A stretch of 64,000 bases of DNA from Nemertoderma westbladi (GCA_032718475.1 JAUCBJ010006847.1:1-64000); one strand, 5' to 3'; shown: positions 1 through 12,521, counted from the stretch's first letter. The notes: generated by a model not told the origin, from the sequence alone. Program-made: numbers and translations.

Positions 1-58
1 CGGCACAGCATTCTTAAAAATGCAGCTGCAATGCAGCATGCCGATCCTAGTAGTAGTA
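1..58 (+). mobile_element. 3' tail of an RTE-type LINE copy (same family as 61437-63591)
   Basis: 1-53 is the near-exact reverse complement of 61437-61490 and is followed by a (TAG)n-like tail. Confidence 0.75.
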
Positions 59-70
59 CAGTAGTAATAT

Positions 71-313
71 GGGTACCGCTGTGGGGCGAGCCACGAAGTG
101 TGCGAGCTTAGCGTACGGGTACCTCTGTAGGGCGAGCCACGGAGTAAGCGAGCTTAGCATACAGGTACCATTGTGGGGCGAGCCACGAAGTAAGCGACCT
201 TAGCATACAGGTACCGTTTTGGGGCGAGCCACGAAGTAAGCGACCTTAGCATATGGGTACATCTGGGTGGCGAGCTACGAAGTAAGCGAGCTTAGCATAC
301 GGGTACCGTTGTG
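71..313 (+). repeat. 46-bp tandem repeat (~5 copies) containing the terminus of the Helentron-type element
   Basis: Unit gggtaccgctgtggggcgagccacgaagtaagcgagcttagcatac; the core gtggggcgagccacgaagt also starts the element at 16172. Confidence 0.8.
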
Positions 314-366
314 GTGGTACCGCTGTTTCAAATGTTGTCTATCGGTCGGTCGGTCGTGGCACACAT

Positions 367-777
367 TAGTGTTTAAACGGGATCAGACTTTTTGGGATTT
401 CCGGGATCAGGACTGGGATTATCACTCTTGGGATCCCGATTTTCGGGATTGGTATTGTAATTTTGGATTATATTCCTTAAAGTTAATAGTTATATGCGGC
501 GGGTTTTGGGTAACACTCACTATATTTTACACCTCTGAAATGTTAGTAAGATAAAGTTATATTCAAATTATTTTGCAATTGATTACTGGATGGTTTACTG
601 ACATATAATTTCGATATAATGTTCGACGTTCTGGTGGAACTAATTATCAGATATTCAACAAATTTACTTAACTACTCCGGGACCCCGGTCCTAAAAAGTC
701 GGGATCGAGACCGGGATTCCATTTTTTGCCGGGATCTCGGTTTTTCGGATCGGGATCGGGATCACGTTTAAACACTA
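367..777. mobile_element. MITE (hAT-like TAG terminus)
   Basis: 13-bp TIRs tagtgtttaaacg / cgtttaaacacta, flanking direct repeat acacat, internal gggatc repeats. Confidence 0.7.
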
Positions 778-954
778 ACACATGTCGTCTGTCGAATGTC
801 TGAAATGTATTTTACGAGGGGGGACTCAGCAGTTATCCGGTCTCCAGCTACAGGGCGCCTAGACAACAGTTGAATTGAACTAATTAAGATCAACTTGCTT
901 ACTTCGTGCTGTGCGAAAGCCCCACGAACCCGAACCCCACGGTGCACAACTTAC

Positions 955-1127
955 CGGTATACATGTCAGACAACGGAATTCTTGGAAGTTAGGCGTCCAT
1001 CCTCCAGTAACAGCGCACACGCTATTAAGTAATGTAGAGTATGGGACAGATCTTGGGACTATCTGCCCATTGTGCATTAAAGATAATTTATCTTTTACAT
1101 TAACGCAATCAATTCCGCAAACTGAAC
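955..1127 (-). CDS. PAPPA: Pappalysin-like exon (CCP5, ending just before LNR3)
   Basis: tttcag acceptor, gtaagt donor; GSVCGIDCVNVKDKLSLMHNGQ...VCAVTGGWTPNFQEFRCLTCIP aligns to PAPP-A GSECATSC...VCTAGLKWYP...CVKGCEP; phase 1 to 0. The last exon lies left of the window. Confidence 0.85.
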
Positions 1128-1289
1128 CTGAAATATAGTATTTTATGATGTTTGTTATCCAGGCTACATCAGTTCATAACACACCCAACCTCCTCCAATG
1201 TCTCATTCTTACAAATGACTTACTTACTGACTCACAGATAATGTACAGTATAGTATATATGTGTCCTGCTTGTTGTCAGGGCTACTACG

Positions 1290-4200
1290 TGTGTTGGGTG
1301 TGTGTATCTAGTGGGTAAGGTAAGAGGGCCGATGGTGTTGGGTGTGTGTATCTAGTGGGTAAGGACCGATGGTGTTGGGTGTGTATCTAGTGGGTATGGA
1401 CCGATGGTGTTGGGTGTGTGTATCTAGTGGGTAAGGACCGATGGTGTTGGGTGTGTGTATCTAGTGGGTAAGGACCGATTGTTTTGGGTGTGTGTATCTA
1501 GTGGGTAAGGTAAGAGAGCCGATGGTGTTGGGTATGTGTATCTAGTGGGTAAGGTAAGAGGGCCGATGGTGTTGGGTGTATGTATCTAGTGGGTAAGGAC
1601 CGATGGTGTCGGGTGTGTATCTAGTGGGTAAGGACCGATTGTGTTGGGTGTGTGTATCTAATGGGTAACGACCGATGGTGTCGGGTGTGTGTTACTAGTG
1701 GGTAAGGTAAGAGGGCCGATGGTGTTGGGTGTGTATCTAGTGGGTAAGGACCGGTGGTGTTGGGTGTGTGTATCTAGTGGGTAAGGACCGATGGTGTTGG
1801 GTGTGTGTATCTAATGGGTAAGCCGATGGGGGTGGGTGTGTGTATCTAGTGGGTAAGGACCGATGGTGTTGGGTGTGTGTATCTAGTAGGTAAGGACCGA
1901 TGGTGTTGGGTGTGTGTATCTAATGGGTAACGACCGATGGTGTTGGGTGTGTGTATCTAATTGGTAAGGACCGATGGTGTTGGGTGTGTATCTAATGGGT
2001 AAGGACCGATGGTGTTGGGTGTGTTTATCTAGTGGGTAAGGGCCGATGGTGTTGGGTGTGTGTATCTAATGGGTAAGCCGATGGGGGTGGGTGTGTGTAT
2101 CTAGTGGGTAAGGACCGATTGTTTTGGGTGTGTGTATCTAGTGGGTAAGGATCGATGGTGTTGGGTGTGTGTATCTAGTAGGTAAGGACCGATGGTGTTG
2201 GGTGTGTGTATCTAATGGGTAACGACCGATGGTGTTGGGTGTGTGTATCTAATTGGTAAGGACCGATGGTGTTGGGTGTGTATATCTAATGGGTAACGAC
2301 CGATGGTGTTGGGTGTGTGTATCTAATTGGTAAGGACCGATGGTGTTGGGTGTGTATCTAATGGGTAAGGACCGATGGTGTTGGGTGTGTTTATCTAGTG
2401 GGTAAGGACCGATGGTGTTGGGTGTATGTATCTAGTAGGTAAGGACCGATAGTGTTGGGTGTGTGTATCTAATGGGTAACGACCGATGGTGTTGTGTGTA
2501 TCTAGTGGGTAAGGACCGATGGTGTTGGGTGTGTGTATCTAATGGGTAACGACCGATGGTGTTGGGTGTATCTAGTGGGTAAGGACCGATGGTGTTGGGT
2601 GTGTGTATCTAATGGGTAACGACCGATGGTGTTGGGTGTGTGTATCTAATTGGTAAGGACCGATGGTGTTGGGTGTGTATCTAATGGGTAAGGACCGATG
2701 GAGTTGGGTGTGTGTATCTAGTGGGTAAGGACCGATGGTGTTGGGTGTGTATCTAGTGGGTAAGGACCGATGGTGTTGGGTGTGTGTATCTAATGGGTAA
2801 GGACCGATGGTGTTGGGTGTTTATCTAGTGGGCAAGGACCGATGGTGTTGGGTGTGTATCTAGTGGGTAAGGACCGATGGTGTTGTGTGTGTATCTAGTG
2901 GGTAAGGTAAGAAGGCCGATGGTGTTGGGTGTATCTAGTGGGTAAGATTGGATGTGTATCTAGTGGGTAAGGTAAGAGGGTCGATGGTGTTGGGTGTATC
3001 TAGTGGGTAAGATTGGATGTGTATCTAGTGGGTAAGAACCGATGGTGTTGGGTGTGTATCTAGAGGGTAAGGACCGATTGTGTTGGGTGTGTGTATCTAG
3101 TGGGTAAGATTGGGTGTGTATCTAGTGAGTGGGTAAGGACCGATGGTGTTGGGTGTGTATCTAATGGGTAAGCCGATGGGGGTGGGTGTGTGTATCTAGT
3201 GGGTAAGGACCGATGGTGTCGGGTGTGTATCTAGTGGGTAAGGACCAATTGTGTTGGGTGTGTGTATCTAATGGGTAACGACCGATGGTGTTGGGTGTGT
3301 GTATCTAGTGGGTAAGGACTTGTGGTGTTGGGTGTGTATCTAATGGGTAACGACCGATGGTGTTGGGTGTGCGTATCTAATGGGTAAGGACCGATGGTGT
3401 TGGGTGTGTATCTAATGGGTAAGCCGATGGGGGTGGGTGTGTGTATCTAGTGGGTATGGACCGATGGTGTTGGGTGTGTGTATCTAGTGGGTAAGGACCG
3501 ATGGTGTCGGGTGTGTATCTAGTGGGTAAGGACCGATTGTGTTGGGTGTGTGTATCTAATGGGTAACGACCGATGGTGTTGTGTGTATCTAGTGGGTAAG
3601 ATTGGATGTGTATCTAGTGGGTAAGAACCGATGGTGTTTGGTGTATATCTAGTGGGTAAGGACCGATGGTGTTGGGTGTGTGTATCTAGTGGGTAAGGAT
3701 CGATGGTGTTGGGTGTGTGTATCTAATGGGTAAGGACCGATGGTGTTGGGTGTGTATCTAATGGGTAAACCGATGGGTGTGTGTGTGTGTATCTAGTGGG
3801 TAAGGACCGATGGTGTCGGGTGTGCATCTAGTGGGGAAGGACCGATTGTGTTGGGTGTGTGTATCTAATGGGTAAGGACCGATGGTGTTTGGTGTGTATC
3901 TAATGGGTAAGCCGATGGGGGTGGGTGTGTGTATCTAGTGGGTAAGGACCGATGGTGTCGGGTGTGTATCTAGTGGGTAAGGACCGATTGTATTGGGTGT
4001 GTGTATCTAATGGGTAACGACCGATGGTGTCGGGTGTGTATCTAGTGGGTAAGGACCGATGGTGTTGGGTGTGTGTATCTAATGGGTAACGACCGATGGT
4101 GTTGGGTGTGTATATCTAGTGGGTAAGGACTTGTGGTGTTGGGTGTGTATCTAGTGGGTAAGGACCGATGGTGTTGGGTGTGTGTATCTAGTGGGTAAGG

Positions 4201-4478
4201 GACGATGGTGTTGGGTGTGTATCTAGTGGGTAAGGACCGATGGTCTTGGGTGTGTATCTAGTGGGTAAGAACCGATGGTGTTGGGTGTGTGTATCTAATG
4301 GGAAACGACCGGTGGTGTCGGGTGTGTATCTAGTGGGAAAGGACGGTGTTTGTTGGGTGTGTGTATCTAGTGGGTAAGGACCGATGGTGTTGGGTGTGTG
4401 TATCTAATGGGTAACGACCGATGGTGTCGGGTGTGTATCTAATGGGTAAGGACTGGGGGTGTTGGGTGTGTATCTATA
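1290..4478. repeat. 35-37-bp GT-rich minisatellite (~85 copies), intronic
   Basis: Unit ggtgttgggtgtgtgtatctagtgggtaaggaccgat repeated head to tail. Confidence 0.97.
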
Positions 4479-4553
4479 GTATATGTCTAGTAGCCGGTGG
4501 TGTTTACTTTACATGTAGGGGGTGTAGAACGATAAAGTATAAAACTCACTTAC

Positions 4554-4738
4554 CTAACGAGTAAGTAGCATCATCTGTGCAGTTGGTTGTCATGGTGCTC
4601 ATACTCGGCAACGCGAAGCTACAATTAGCATTATTTACATTATCGCAAAGATGCAACTTATCCTTCCATCGCCTATTATGACGACAACTTAACGTCTGAT
4701 CGCTATTGCAGGATATATTATTTAGAGTACATATCGAC
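4554..4738 (-). CDS. PAPPA: Pappalysin-like exon (CCP4-CCP5)
   Basis: cccag acceptor, gtaagt donor; SICTLNNISCNSDQTLSCRHNRRWKDKLHLCDNVNNANCSF...CTDDATYSLG matches PAPP-A SECRIKC...CRKDGTWNGSFHVC...CPDGYAIG; phases 2 to 1 fit the neighbouring exons. Confidence 0.85.
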
Positions 4739-4800
4739 CTGGGATAAAATAATTTATTATATTTATTAGTTTATATTATGTTATATAATATTATTTTATT

Positions 4801-7800
4801 AGCGCAGCTCAGGAGGCTGATAACCGGAAATTCCGAAAGTATGAGTATCTTAGAAAGCGGGGCTACTTGTTCTCTCCGGTCGCATTTGAGACTTTGGGGA
4901 GACCGGTGTCAGGGGGGGCATCAACAAGCCGGTTCCTCAAAGTGATCGGGAAAAGGATCCGGGAAGTGACGCTGGAGCCACGGTCCTACCAGTTCCTGAT
5001 GCAGCCAATCCTCATGACGCTGGAGCCACGGTCCTACCAGTTTCTGATGCAGCCAATCCTCATGACACTGGAGCCACGGTCCTACCAGTTCCTCATGCAG
5101 CCAATCCTCGTGACGCTGGAGCCACGGTCCTACCAGTTCCTGATGCAGCGAATCCTCGTGATGCTGGAGCCACGGTCCTACCAGTTCCTGATGCAGCCAA
5201 TCCTCGTGACGTTGGAGCCATGGTCCTACCAGTTCCTGATTGAGCAAATCCTCGTGACGCTGGAGCCACGGTCCTTCCAGTTCCTAATGCAGCCAATCGT
5301 CGTGACGCTGGAGCCACGGTCCTACCAGTTCCTGGTGCAGCGAATCCTCGTGATGCTGGAGCCACGGTCCTACCAGTTCCTGATGCAGCCAATCCTCGTG
5401 ACGTTGGAGCCACTCGGTCCTACCAGTTCCTGATTGAGCCAATCCTCGTGATGCTGGAGCCACGGTCCTTCCAGTTCCTAATGCAGCCAATCGTCGTGAC
5501 GCTGGAGCCACGGTCCTACCAGTTCCTGGTGCAGCGAATCCTCGTGATGCTGGAGCCACGGTCCTACCAGTTTCTGATGCAGCGAATCCTCGTGATGCTG
5601 GAGCCATGGTCCTACCAGTTCCTGATGCAGCCAATCCTCGTGACGTTGGAGCCACGGTCCTACCAGTTCCTGATTGAGCCAATCCTCGTGACGCTGGAGC
5701 CACGGTCCTTCCAGTTCCTAATGCAGCCAATCGTCGTGACGCTGGAGCCACGGTCCTACCAGTTCCTAATACAGCCAATCGTCGTGACGCTGGAGCCACG
5801 GTCCTACCAGTTCCTGGTGCAGCGAATCCTCGTGATGCTGGAGCCACGGTCCTACCAGTTCCTGATGCAGCCAATCCTCGTGACATTGGAGCCACGGTCT
5901 TACCAGTTCCTGATTGAGCCAATCCTCGTGACGCTGGAGCCACGGTCCTTCCAGTTCCTAATGCAGCCAATCGTCGTGACGCTGGAGCCACGGTCCTACC
6001 AGTTCCTGATGCAGCCAATCCTCGTGACGCTGGAGCCACGGTCCCACCAGTTTCTGATGCAGCGAATCCTCGTGATGCTGGAGCCATGGTCCTACCAGTT
6101 TCTGATGCAGCCAATCCTCGTGACGCTGGAGCCACGGTCCTTCCAGTTCCTGATGCAGCCGATCCTCGTGACGCTGGAGCCACGGTCCTACCAGTTTCTG
6201 ATGCAGCGAATCCTCGTGATCCTGGAGCCATGGTCCTACCAGTTTCTGATGCAGCCAATCCTCGTGACGCTGGAGCCACGGTCCTACCAGTTCCTGATGC
6301 AGCCAATCCTCGTGACGCTGGAGCCACGGTCCTACCAGTTCCTGATGCAGCCAATCCTCGTGACGCTGGAGCCACGGTCCTACCAGTTCCTGGTGCAGCG
6401 AATCCTCGTGATGCTGGAGCCACGGTCCTACCAGTTCCTGATGCAGCCAATCCTCGTGACGTTGGAGCCACGGTCCTACCAGTTCCTGATTGAGCCAATC
6501 CTCGTGACGCTGGAGCCACGGTCCTTCCAGTTCCTAATGCAGCCAATCGTCGTGACGCTGGAGCCACGGTCCTACCAGTTCCTGGTGCAGCGAATCGTCG
6601 TGATGCTGGAGCCACGTTCCTACCAGTTCCTGATGCAGCCAATCCTCGTGACGTTGGAGCCACGGTCCTACCAGTTCCTGATTGAGCCAATCCTCGTGAC
6701 GCTGGAGCCACGGTCCTTCCAGTTCCTAATGCAGCCAATCGTCGTGACGCTGGAGCCACGGTCCTACCAGTTCCTGATGCAGCGAATCCTCGTGATGCTG
6801 GAGCCATGGTCCTACCAGTTCCTGGTGCAGCGAATCCTCGTGATGCTGGAGCCAGGGTCCTACCAGTTCCTGATGCAGCCAATCCTCGTGACGTTGGAGC
6901 CACGGTCCTACCAGTTCCTGATTGAGCCAATCCTCATGATGCTGGAGCCACAGTCCTTCCAGTTCCTAATGCAGCCAATCGTCGTGACGCTGGAGCCACG
7001 GTCCTACCAGTTCCTGGTGCAGCGAATCCTCGTGATGCTGGAGCCACGGTCCTACCAGTTCCTGATGCAGCCAATCCTCGTGACGTTGGAGCCACGGTCC
7101 TACCAGTTCCTGCTTGAGCCAATCCTCGTGATGCTGGAGCCACGGTCCTTCCAGTTCCTAATGCAGCTAATCGCCGTGACGCTGGAGCCACGGTCCTACC
7201 AGTTCCTGATGCAGCGAATCCTCGTGATGCTGGAGCCATGGTCCTACCAGTTCCTGGTGCAGCGAATCCTCGTGATGTTGGAGCCACGGTCCTACCAGTT
7301 CCTGATGCAGCCAATCCTCGTGACGTTGGAGCCACGGTCCTACCAGTTCCTGATTGAGCCAATCCTCGTGATGCTGGAGCCACGGTCCTTCCATTTCCTA
7401 ATGCAGCCAATCGTCGTGACGCTGGAGCCATGGTCCTACCAGTTCCTGGTGCAGCGAATCCTCGTGATGCTGGAGCCACGGTCCTACCAGTTCCTGATGC
7501 AGCCAATCCTCGTGACGTTGGAGCCACGGTCCTACCAGTTCCTGATTGAGCCAATCCTCGTGACGCTGGAGCCACGGTCCTTCCAGTTCCTAATGCAGCC
7601 AATCGTCGTGACGCTGGAGCCACGGTCCTACAAGTTCCTGGTGCAGCGAATCCTCGTGATGCTGGAGCCACGGTCCTACCAGTTCCTGATGCAGCGAATC
7701 CTCATGATGCTGGAGCCACGGTCCTACCAGTTCCTGATGCAGCCAATCCTCGTGACGTTGGAGCCACGGTCCTACCAGTACCTGATTGAGCCAATCCTCG

Positions 7801-10160
7801 TGACGCTGGAGCCACGGTCCTTCCAGTTCCTAATGCAGCCAATCGTCGTGACGCTGGAGCCATGGTCCTACCAGTTCCTGATGCAGCGAATCCTCGTGAT
7901 GCTGGAGCCATGGTCCTACCAGTTCCTGGTGCAGCGACCCCGTGATGCTGGAGCCACGGTCCTACCAGTTCCTGATGCAGCCAATCCTCGTGACGTTGGA
8001 GCCACGGTCCTACCAGTTCCTGATTGAGCCAATCCTCGTGACGCTGGAGCCACGGTCCTTCCAGTTCCTAATGCAGCCAATCGTCGTGACGCTGGACCCA
8101 CGGTCCTACCAGTTCCTGATGCAGCGAATCCTCGTGACGCTGGAGCCACGGTCCTTGCAGTTCCTAATGCAGCCAATCGTCGTGACGCTGGAGCCATGGT
8201 CCTACCAGTTCCTGGTGCAGCGAATCCTCGTGATGCTGGAGCCACGGTCCTACCAGTTCCTGATGCAGCCAATCCTCGTGACATTGGAGCCACGGTCCTA
8301 CCAGTTCCTGATTGAGCCAATCCTCATGACGCTGGAGCCACGGTCCTTCCAGTTCCTAATGCAGCCAATCGTCGTGATGCTGGAGCCACGGTCCTACCAG
8401 TTCCTGATGCAGCCAATCCTCGTGACGCTGGAGCCACGGTCCCACCAGTTTCTGATGCAGCGAATCCTCGTGATGCTGGAGCCATGGTCCTACCAGTTTC
8501 TGATGCAGCCAATCCTCGTGACGCTGGAGCCACGGTCCTTCCAGTTCCTGATGCAGCCAATCCTCGTGACGCTGGAGCCACGGTCCTACCAGTTTCTGAT
8601 GCAGCGAATCCTCGTGACGCTGGAGCCACGGTCCTACCAGTTCCTGATGCAGCGAATCCTCGTGATGCTGCAGCCACGGTCCTTCCAGTTCCTGATGCAG
8701 CGAATCCTCGTGACGCTGGAGCCACGGTCCTACCAGTTCCTGATGCAGCCAATCCTCGTGATGCTGGAGCCACGGTCCTACCAATTCCTGATGCAGCGAA
8801 TCGTCGTGACGCTGGAGCCACGGTCTTACCAGTTCCTGATGCAGCCAATCCTCGTGACGCTGGAGCCACGGTCCTTCCAGTTCCTGATTGAGCCAATCCT
8901 CGTGACGCTGGAGCCACGGTCCTTCCAGTTCCTAATGCAGCCAATCGTCGTGACGCTGGACCCACGGTCCTACCAGTTCCTGATGCAGCGAATCGTCGTG
9001 ACGCTGGAGCCACGGTCTTACCAGTTCCTGATGCAGCCAATCCTCGTGACGCTGGAGCCACGGTCCTTCCAGTTCCTGATTGAGCCAATCCTCGTGACGC
9101 TGGAGCCACGGTCCTTCCAGTTCCTAATGCAGCCAATCGTCGTGACGCTGGACCCACGGTCCTACCAGTTCCTGATGCAGCGAATCCTCGTGACGCTGGA
9201 GCCACGGTCCTTGCAGTTCCTAATGCAGCCAATCGTCGTGACGCTGGAGCCATGGTCCTACCAGTTCCTGGTGCAGCGAATCCTCGTGATGCTGGAGCCA
9301 CGGTCCTACCAGTTCCTGATGCAGCCAATCCTCGTGACGTTGGAGCCACGGTCTTACCAGTTCCTGATGCAGCGAATCCTCGTGACGCTGGAGCCACGGT
9401 CCTACCAGTTCCTGATGCAGCGAATCCTCGTGATGCTGCAGCCACGGTCCTTCCAGTTCCTGATGCAGCGAATCCTCGTGACGCTGGAGCCACGGTCCTA
9501 CCAGTTCCTGATGCAGCCAATCCTCGTGATGCTGGAGCCACGGTCCTACCAATTCCTGATGCAGCGAATCGTCGTGACGCTGGAGCCACGGTCTTACCAG
9601 TTCCTGATGCAGCCAATCCTCGTGACGCTGGAGCCACGGTCCGATGAGTTCCTGATGCAGTCAATTAATCAGGGGAATGCTACATCAGTAATGGGGACGA
9701 TGGACTGCATGGATGGTGATGGGGGATTTATTACCACCTAAATGCCCCGCCTCACCGGGCTGCGCTGGCCTTGTAAAAATGTTTGTGTAGCTGAGACTTA
9801 TGAAAAACACTTTGTTCATTAAGTTTGTACATTAAGTTCATGGGTGGGTGATTTATTTAGTTAATTAGCCAGCGTGAGCATGGAATGGATATTTCGGTTT
9901 CTATATACTATCATAGATTTTTGTGGTAAATATAAAATTTTATAATATTTTCACAACATAGATATTTGTGATGTTTTAATATTATGTAGGTAGGAGTATC
10001 ATGATTAATGTATGTATATGTGTGTTTAGGTAGTATCATAAATTTGTGCATTGTTAATTAAATATAACTTCAATATTGTTATGGAAGATTTTAAATATGT
10101 AGTAACTACAGTATTAGATTAAATGATAATAAATTTATAATTAACATCATTAAAAAAAAA
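4801..10160 (+). mobile_element. 5'-truncated CRE-like non-LTR retrotransposon (restriction-like endonuclease C-terminus) with an internal minisatellite expansion
   Basis: Frame reads SAAQEADNRKFRKYEYL...FSPVAFETLG...FLKVIGKRIREVTLEPRSYQFLMQ[repeat]SINQGNATSVMGTM, the typical CRE-clade ending (K..KY, P.A.ETLG, QRGNA...GT); AT-rich 3' UTR, A-run at about 10152-10160 (right end uncertain). Confidence 0.7.
4966..9660 (+). repeat. 51-bp minisatellite (~92 copies)
   Basis: Unit gtgacgctggagccacggtcctaccagttcctgatgcagccaatcctc-type; the period is divisible by 3, which gives the 17-aa repeat ORFs in several frames. Confidence 0.97.
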
Positions 10161-10694
10161 TATTGGTTTAAAATTTATTTTGTTCAAATAGAACCAAACT
10201 CAGATATATTTTAGATTAAATTAACTCAACATTAAGGGGCGAGGTAGCGATCCCAAACAGAACATTTCATTAAGTGAAGTTTTCGCATCCTAAAATTGTG
10301 TGGAAATTAAATTTAGTGATACCAAACATCGTCTGGGGAATTTAGGAATGGACAATCCAATTTTTTTCTAAAAGACTACAAAATGGCACTTTTGCGGCCA
10401 AGAAGGCCATTCCATAGTGCCAAAAAGGATTTCTTGAACATTTCTGTTTCTATTGCGTTCAAATTTGGTGAATCGGTTCAATTCATGGTAGCACCCAATA
10501 ATGCTATCATACAAGTTTGGTTGAAATTGAGCTGCTCCAGCTACATTTCAGCTCAGTTCCACAAAAAGGCCCAAAAAGTGCCCTTTCACTCTGAAAAGCA
10601 TTTTTAACCAAAATTGCTTGATTAGTCGATTTCAACTGATTTCATCAAAAAAATTTTGAGAAATATAATTTTTCGTAAAGAAAATACGTCGACC

Positions 10695-10935
10695 TCAAAG
10701 GGTAACACGCTTGCACCATTCTTATTCATAATAGTGGTGGATTATGTTATTCGCTTGTCATTAGAACATCATAATAAATATGTGGTAATTGTAACACCTC
10801 TTCCTACTGGCTCCAGAAGTAAGTCGAGCAAATGCAGCCCATCATCACCTTACTAATCTAGACTGCTGATGACCTGGGAGTCACTCCCGGAACTCCGGGA
10901 ATCACTACGATCCCAATGGCTCCTCAGCTCACCTC
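10695..10935 (+). mobile_element. Degenerate RTE-type LINE reverse-transcriptase fragment
   Basis: KGNTLAPFLFIIVVDYV matches QGDTLAPFLFIIVVDYV of the LINE at 62238-62534. Confidence 0.8.
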
Positions 10936-10944
10936 CTAATTTTT

Positions 10945-11192
10945 AGGTCCGCGTAGCGCGACTTCTAGTATTCGCTCCTTTGTTGTTGTTGTTGTGTGGT
11001 GTTGTTAATTTCTCGTTAGGTTTTGGTATTAAGGCTTTGATACGGCCCCAGTGGCTCAGTTGGCAGAACGTGGGACTTGGAATCTCTAGGTACCGGTGAA
11101 TGTTTTTTGTTGTAAGATTGGTAGTAAGCCATTCAATGAGACAGTCCATTCGTTAGTAGACGCGGACCTTTGCGCGATTTCGCGCTTGTTTT
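10945..11192 (+). mobile_element. Short non-autonomous Helentron-type (DINE-1/HINE-like) element
   Basis: Subterminal inverted repeat aggtccgcgt / acgcggacct, (ttg)n microsatellite, 3' hairpin gcgcgatttcgcgc, T-rich flanks. Confidence 0.65.
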
Positions 11193-11601
11193 CTAGAGGC
11201 GCCTAAAGTTCTTGGTCTGTTGAATTTAACTAGACAGCAAAGATAACAGACCCTTTACAGGCTGTTTATAGTGTTGGATAACAGGCACTTTAGAGGTTGC
11301 TTCTAGTCTTGGTTAACATAAGCCAATATACATTAACATTAGTTCAATTAAGTTGCATGAGCCCCAAAGATGACACGAATGCGCCTGTGGATGAAATCTG
11401 TTACTTGGGATCCGGTGAATTTCAGTTGTACAGATTAATTTGCTTCAGATATTAAATCCGAATATTCCATTATAGTATTTTAGTTTCGAGTTCATTCAAT
11501 TCAATTAAAAAAATGGAATTTTAATGCTACACTAAAATATCGAGTGTCACCACTTGACTATTAATTAAAATTAATTGCGCTTTACATATGGAATCACTTA
11601 C

Positions 11602-11727
11602 TGATAAGATGTTCCCTTCGTGCAATTCGCCGCTGGTTGATAAATAGCCGGGACTGGCGGACATGTGACTGGAACACAGGTAGGTCCTTCCCAATGAGGG
11701 CCTTTGCAAACTCGATGGAATTCGCGA
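11602..11727 (-). CDS. PAPPA: Pappalysin-like exon (CCP3-CCP4)
   Basis: tttag acceptor, gtaagt donor; REFHRVCKGPHWEGPTCVPVTCPPVPAIYQPAANCTKGTSYQ vs PAPP-A RAFKTQCTQDGSWQEGACVPVTCDPPPPKF; phase 2 to 2; this frame is not in the ORF track. Confidence 0.9.
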
Positions 11728-12307
11728 CTAAATTGGATGGAATTCGCGATGAAAATGTACAAAGAGAAATAAATTAAAAGATTAACGGTTTACTAATGGG
11801 GGGGGGGGGGGGGGGGGGGGGGGGGGAAGTAAAAATACCGGATCAAAAAGTAAAAGTGGATGGACATCAGTAAATAAAAGGAATATTAGTTTATATTTTA
11901 GTGGGATCACAAGTGTATCCACAATTGTAGATGATTTACAAGCCTGTTTAATAAAATGCTCTTATCCGTCTCATAAAGTGTCACACTTTACACAGTGGAG
12001 TAAAGTAATGTTTCAGGTTTTAAGACAATTCAATCAATATTTCAGATAGGGGGGGGGGGGGGGGACTTTCGACGCAATAAAAATTAATCCCTCTCCAGGG
12101 GAAATTCGACGCAAATAACAGCTGATTATTCTCAAAAATAAAACTGTAACCTGCTCTATTGAATTTAGTTTATTGTTAGTTAAAATAACGTGCCACAGTA
12201 ACCAGCTCCTTTCCCTAAATTGAGAATTTAACATTGAGGCGGGTTATTAATTCGCCAAGATGGTATATTCGTCCAGTCTCCAACAATTATATATTAACTG
12301 TACTTAC

Positions 12308-12521
12308 ATTGTAACCGACTGGGAATATCCAGACACCATAAAGCCTTTTTTACACTTGTATGGGCAGATTGTTTGCATGGCAGATGGACCGGTTATTCGC
12401 CTACATATACTGGATTTTACTGCATTTTCAAGCTCACCAGGAGGTTGACATTTCAATAAACAGTATACTTCTGGAGCTGACCAATAGCCATCTTCAAGAC
12501 ATGTCAATGTAGCGTTAACTC
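12308..12521 (-). CDS. PAPPA: Pappalysin-like exon (CCP2-CCP3)
   Basis: GVNATLTCLEDGYWSAPEVYCLLKCQPPGELENA...CPYKCKKGFMVSG vs PAPP-A [29 protein letters not shown]...CKYKCKPGYHVPG; canonical splice sites, phase 1 to 2. Confidence 0.93.

Noticed and set aside
880-954. Extension of the pappalysin exon to a second donor near 902
   Set aside because: The consensus gtaagt donor at 954 matches where similarity to PAPP-A ends; the extension shows no similarity
4867-9741. Long repeat ORFs on both strands as genuine protein genes
   Set aside because: Explained by a 51-bp tandem unit inside an intron and a truncated retrotransposon; no independent start or expression evidence
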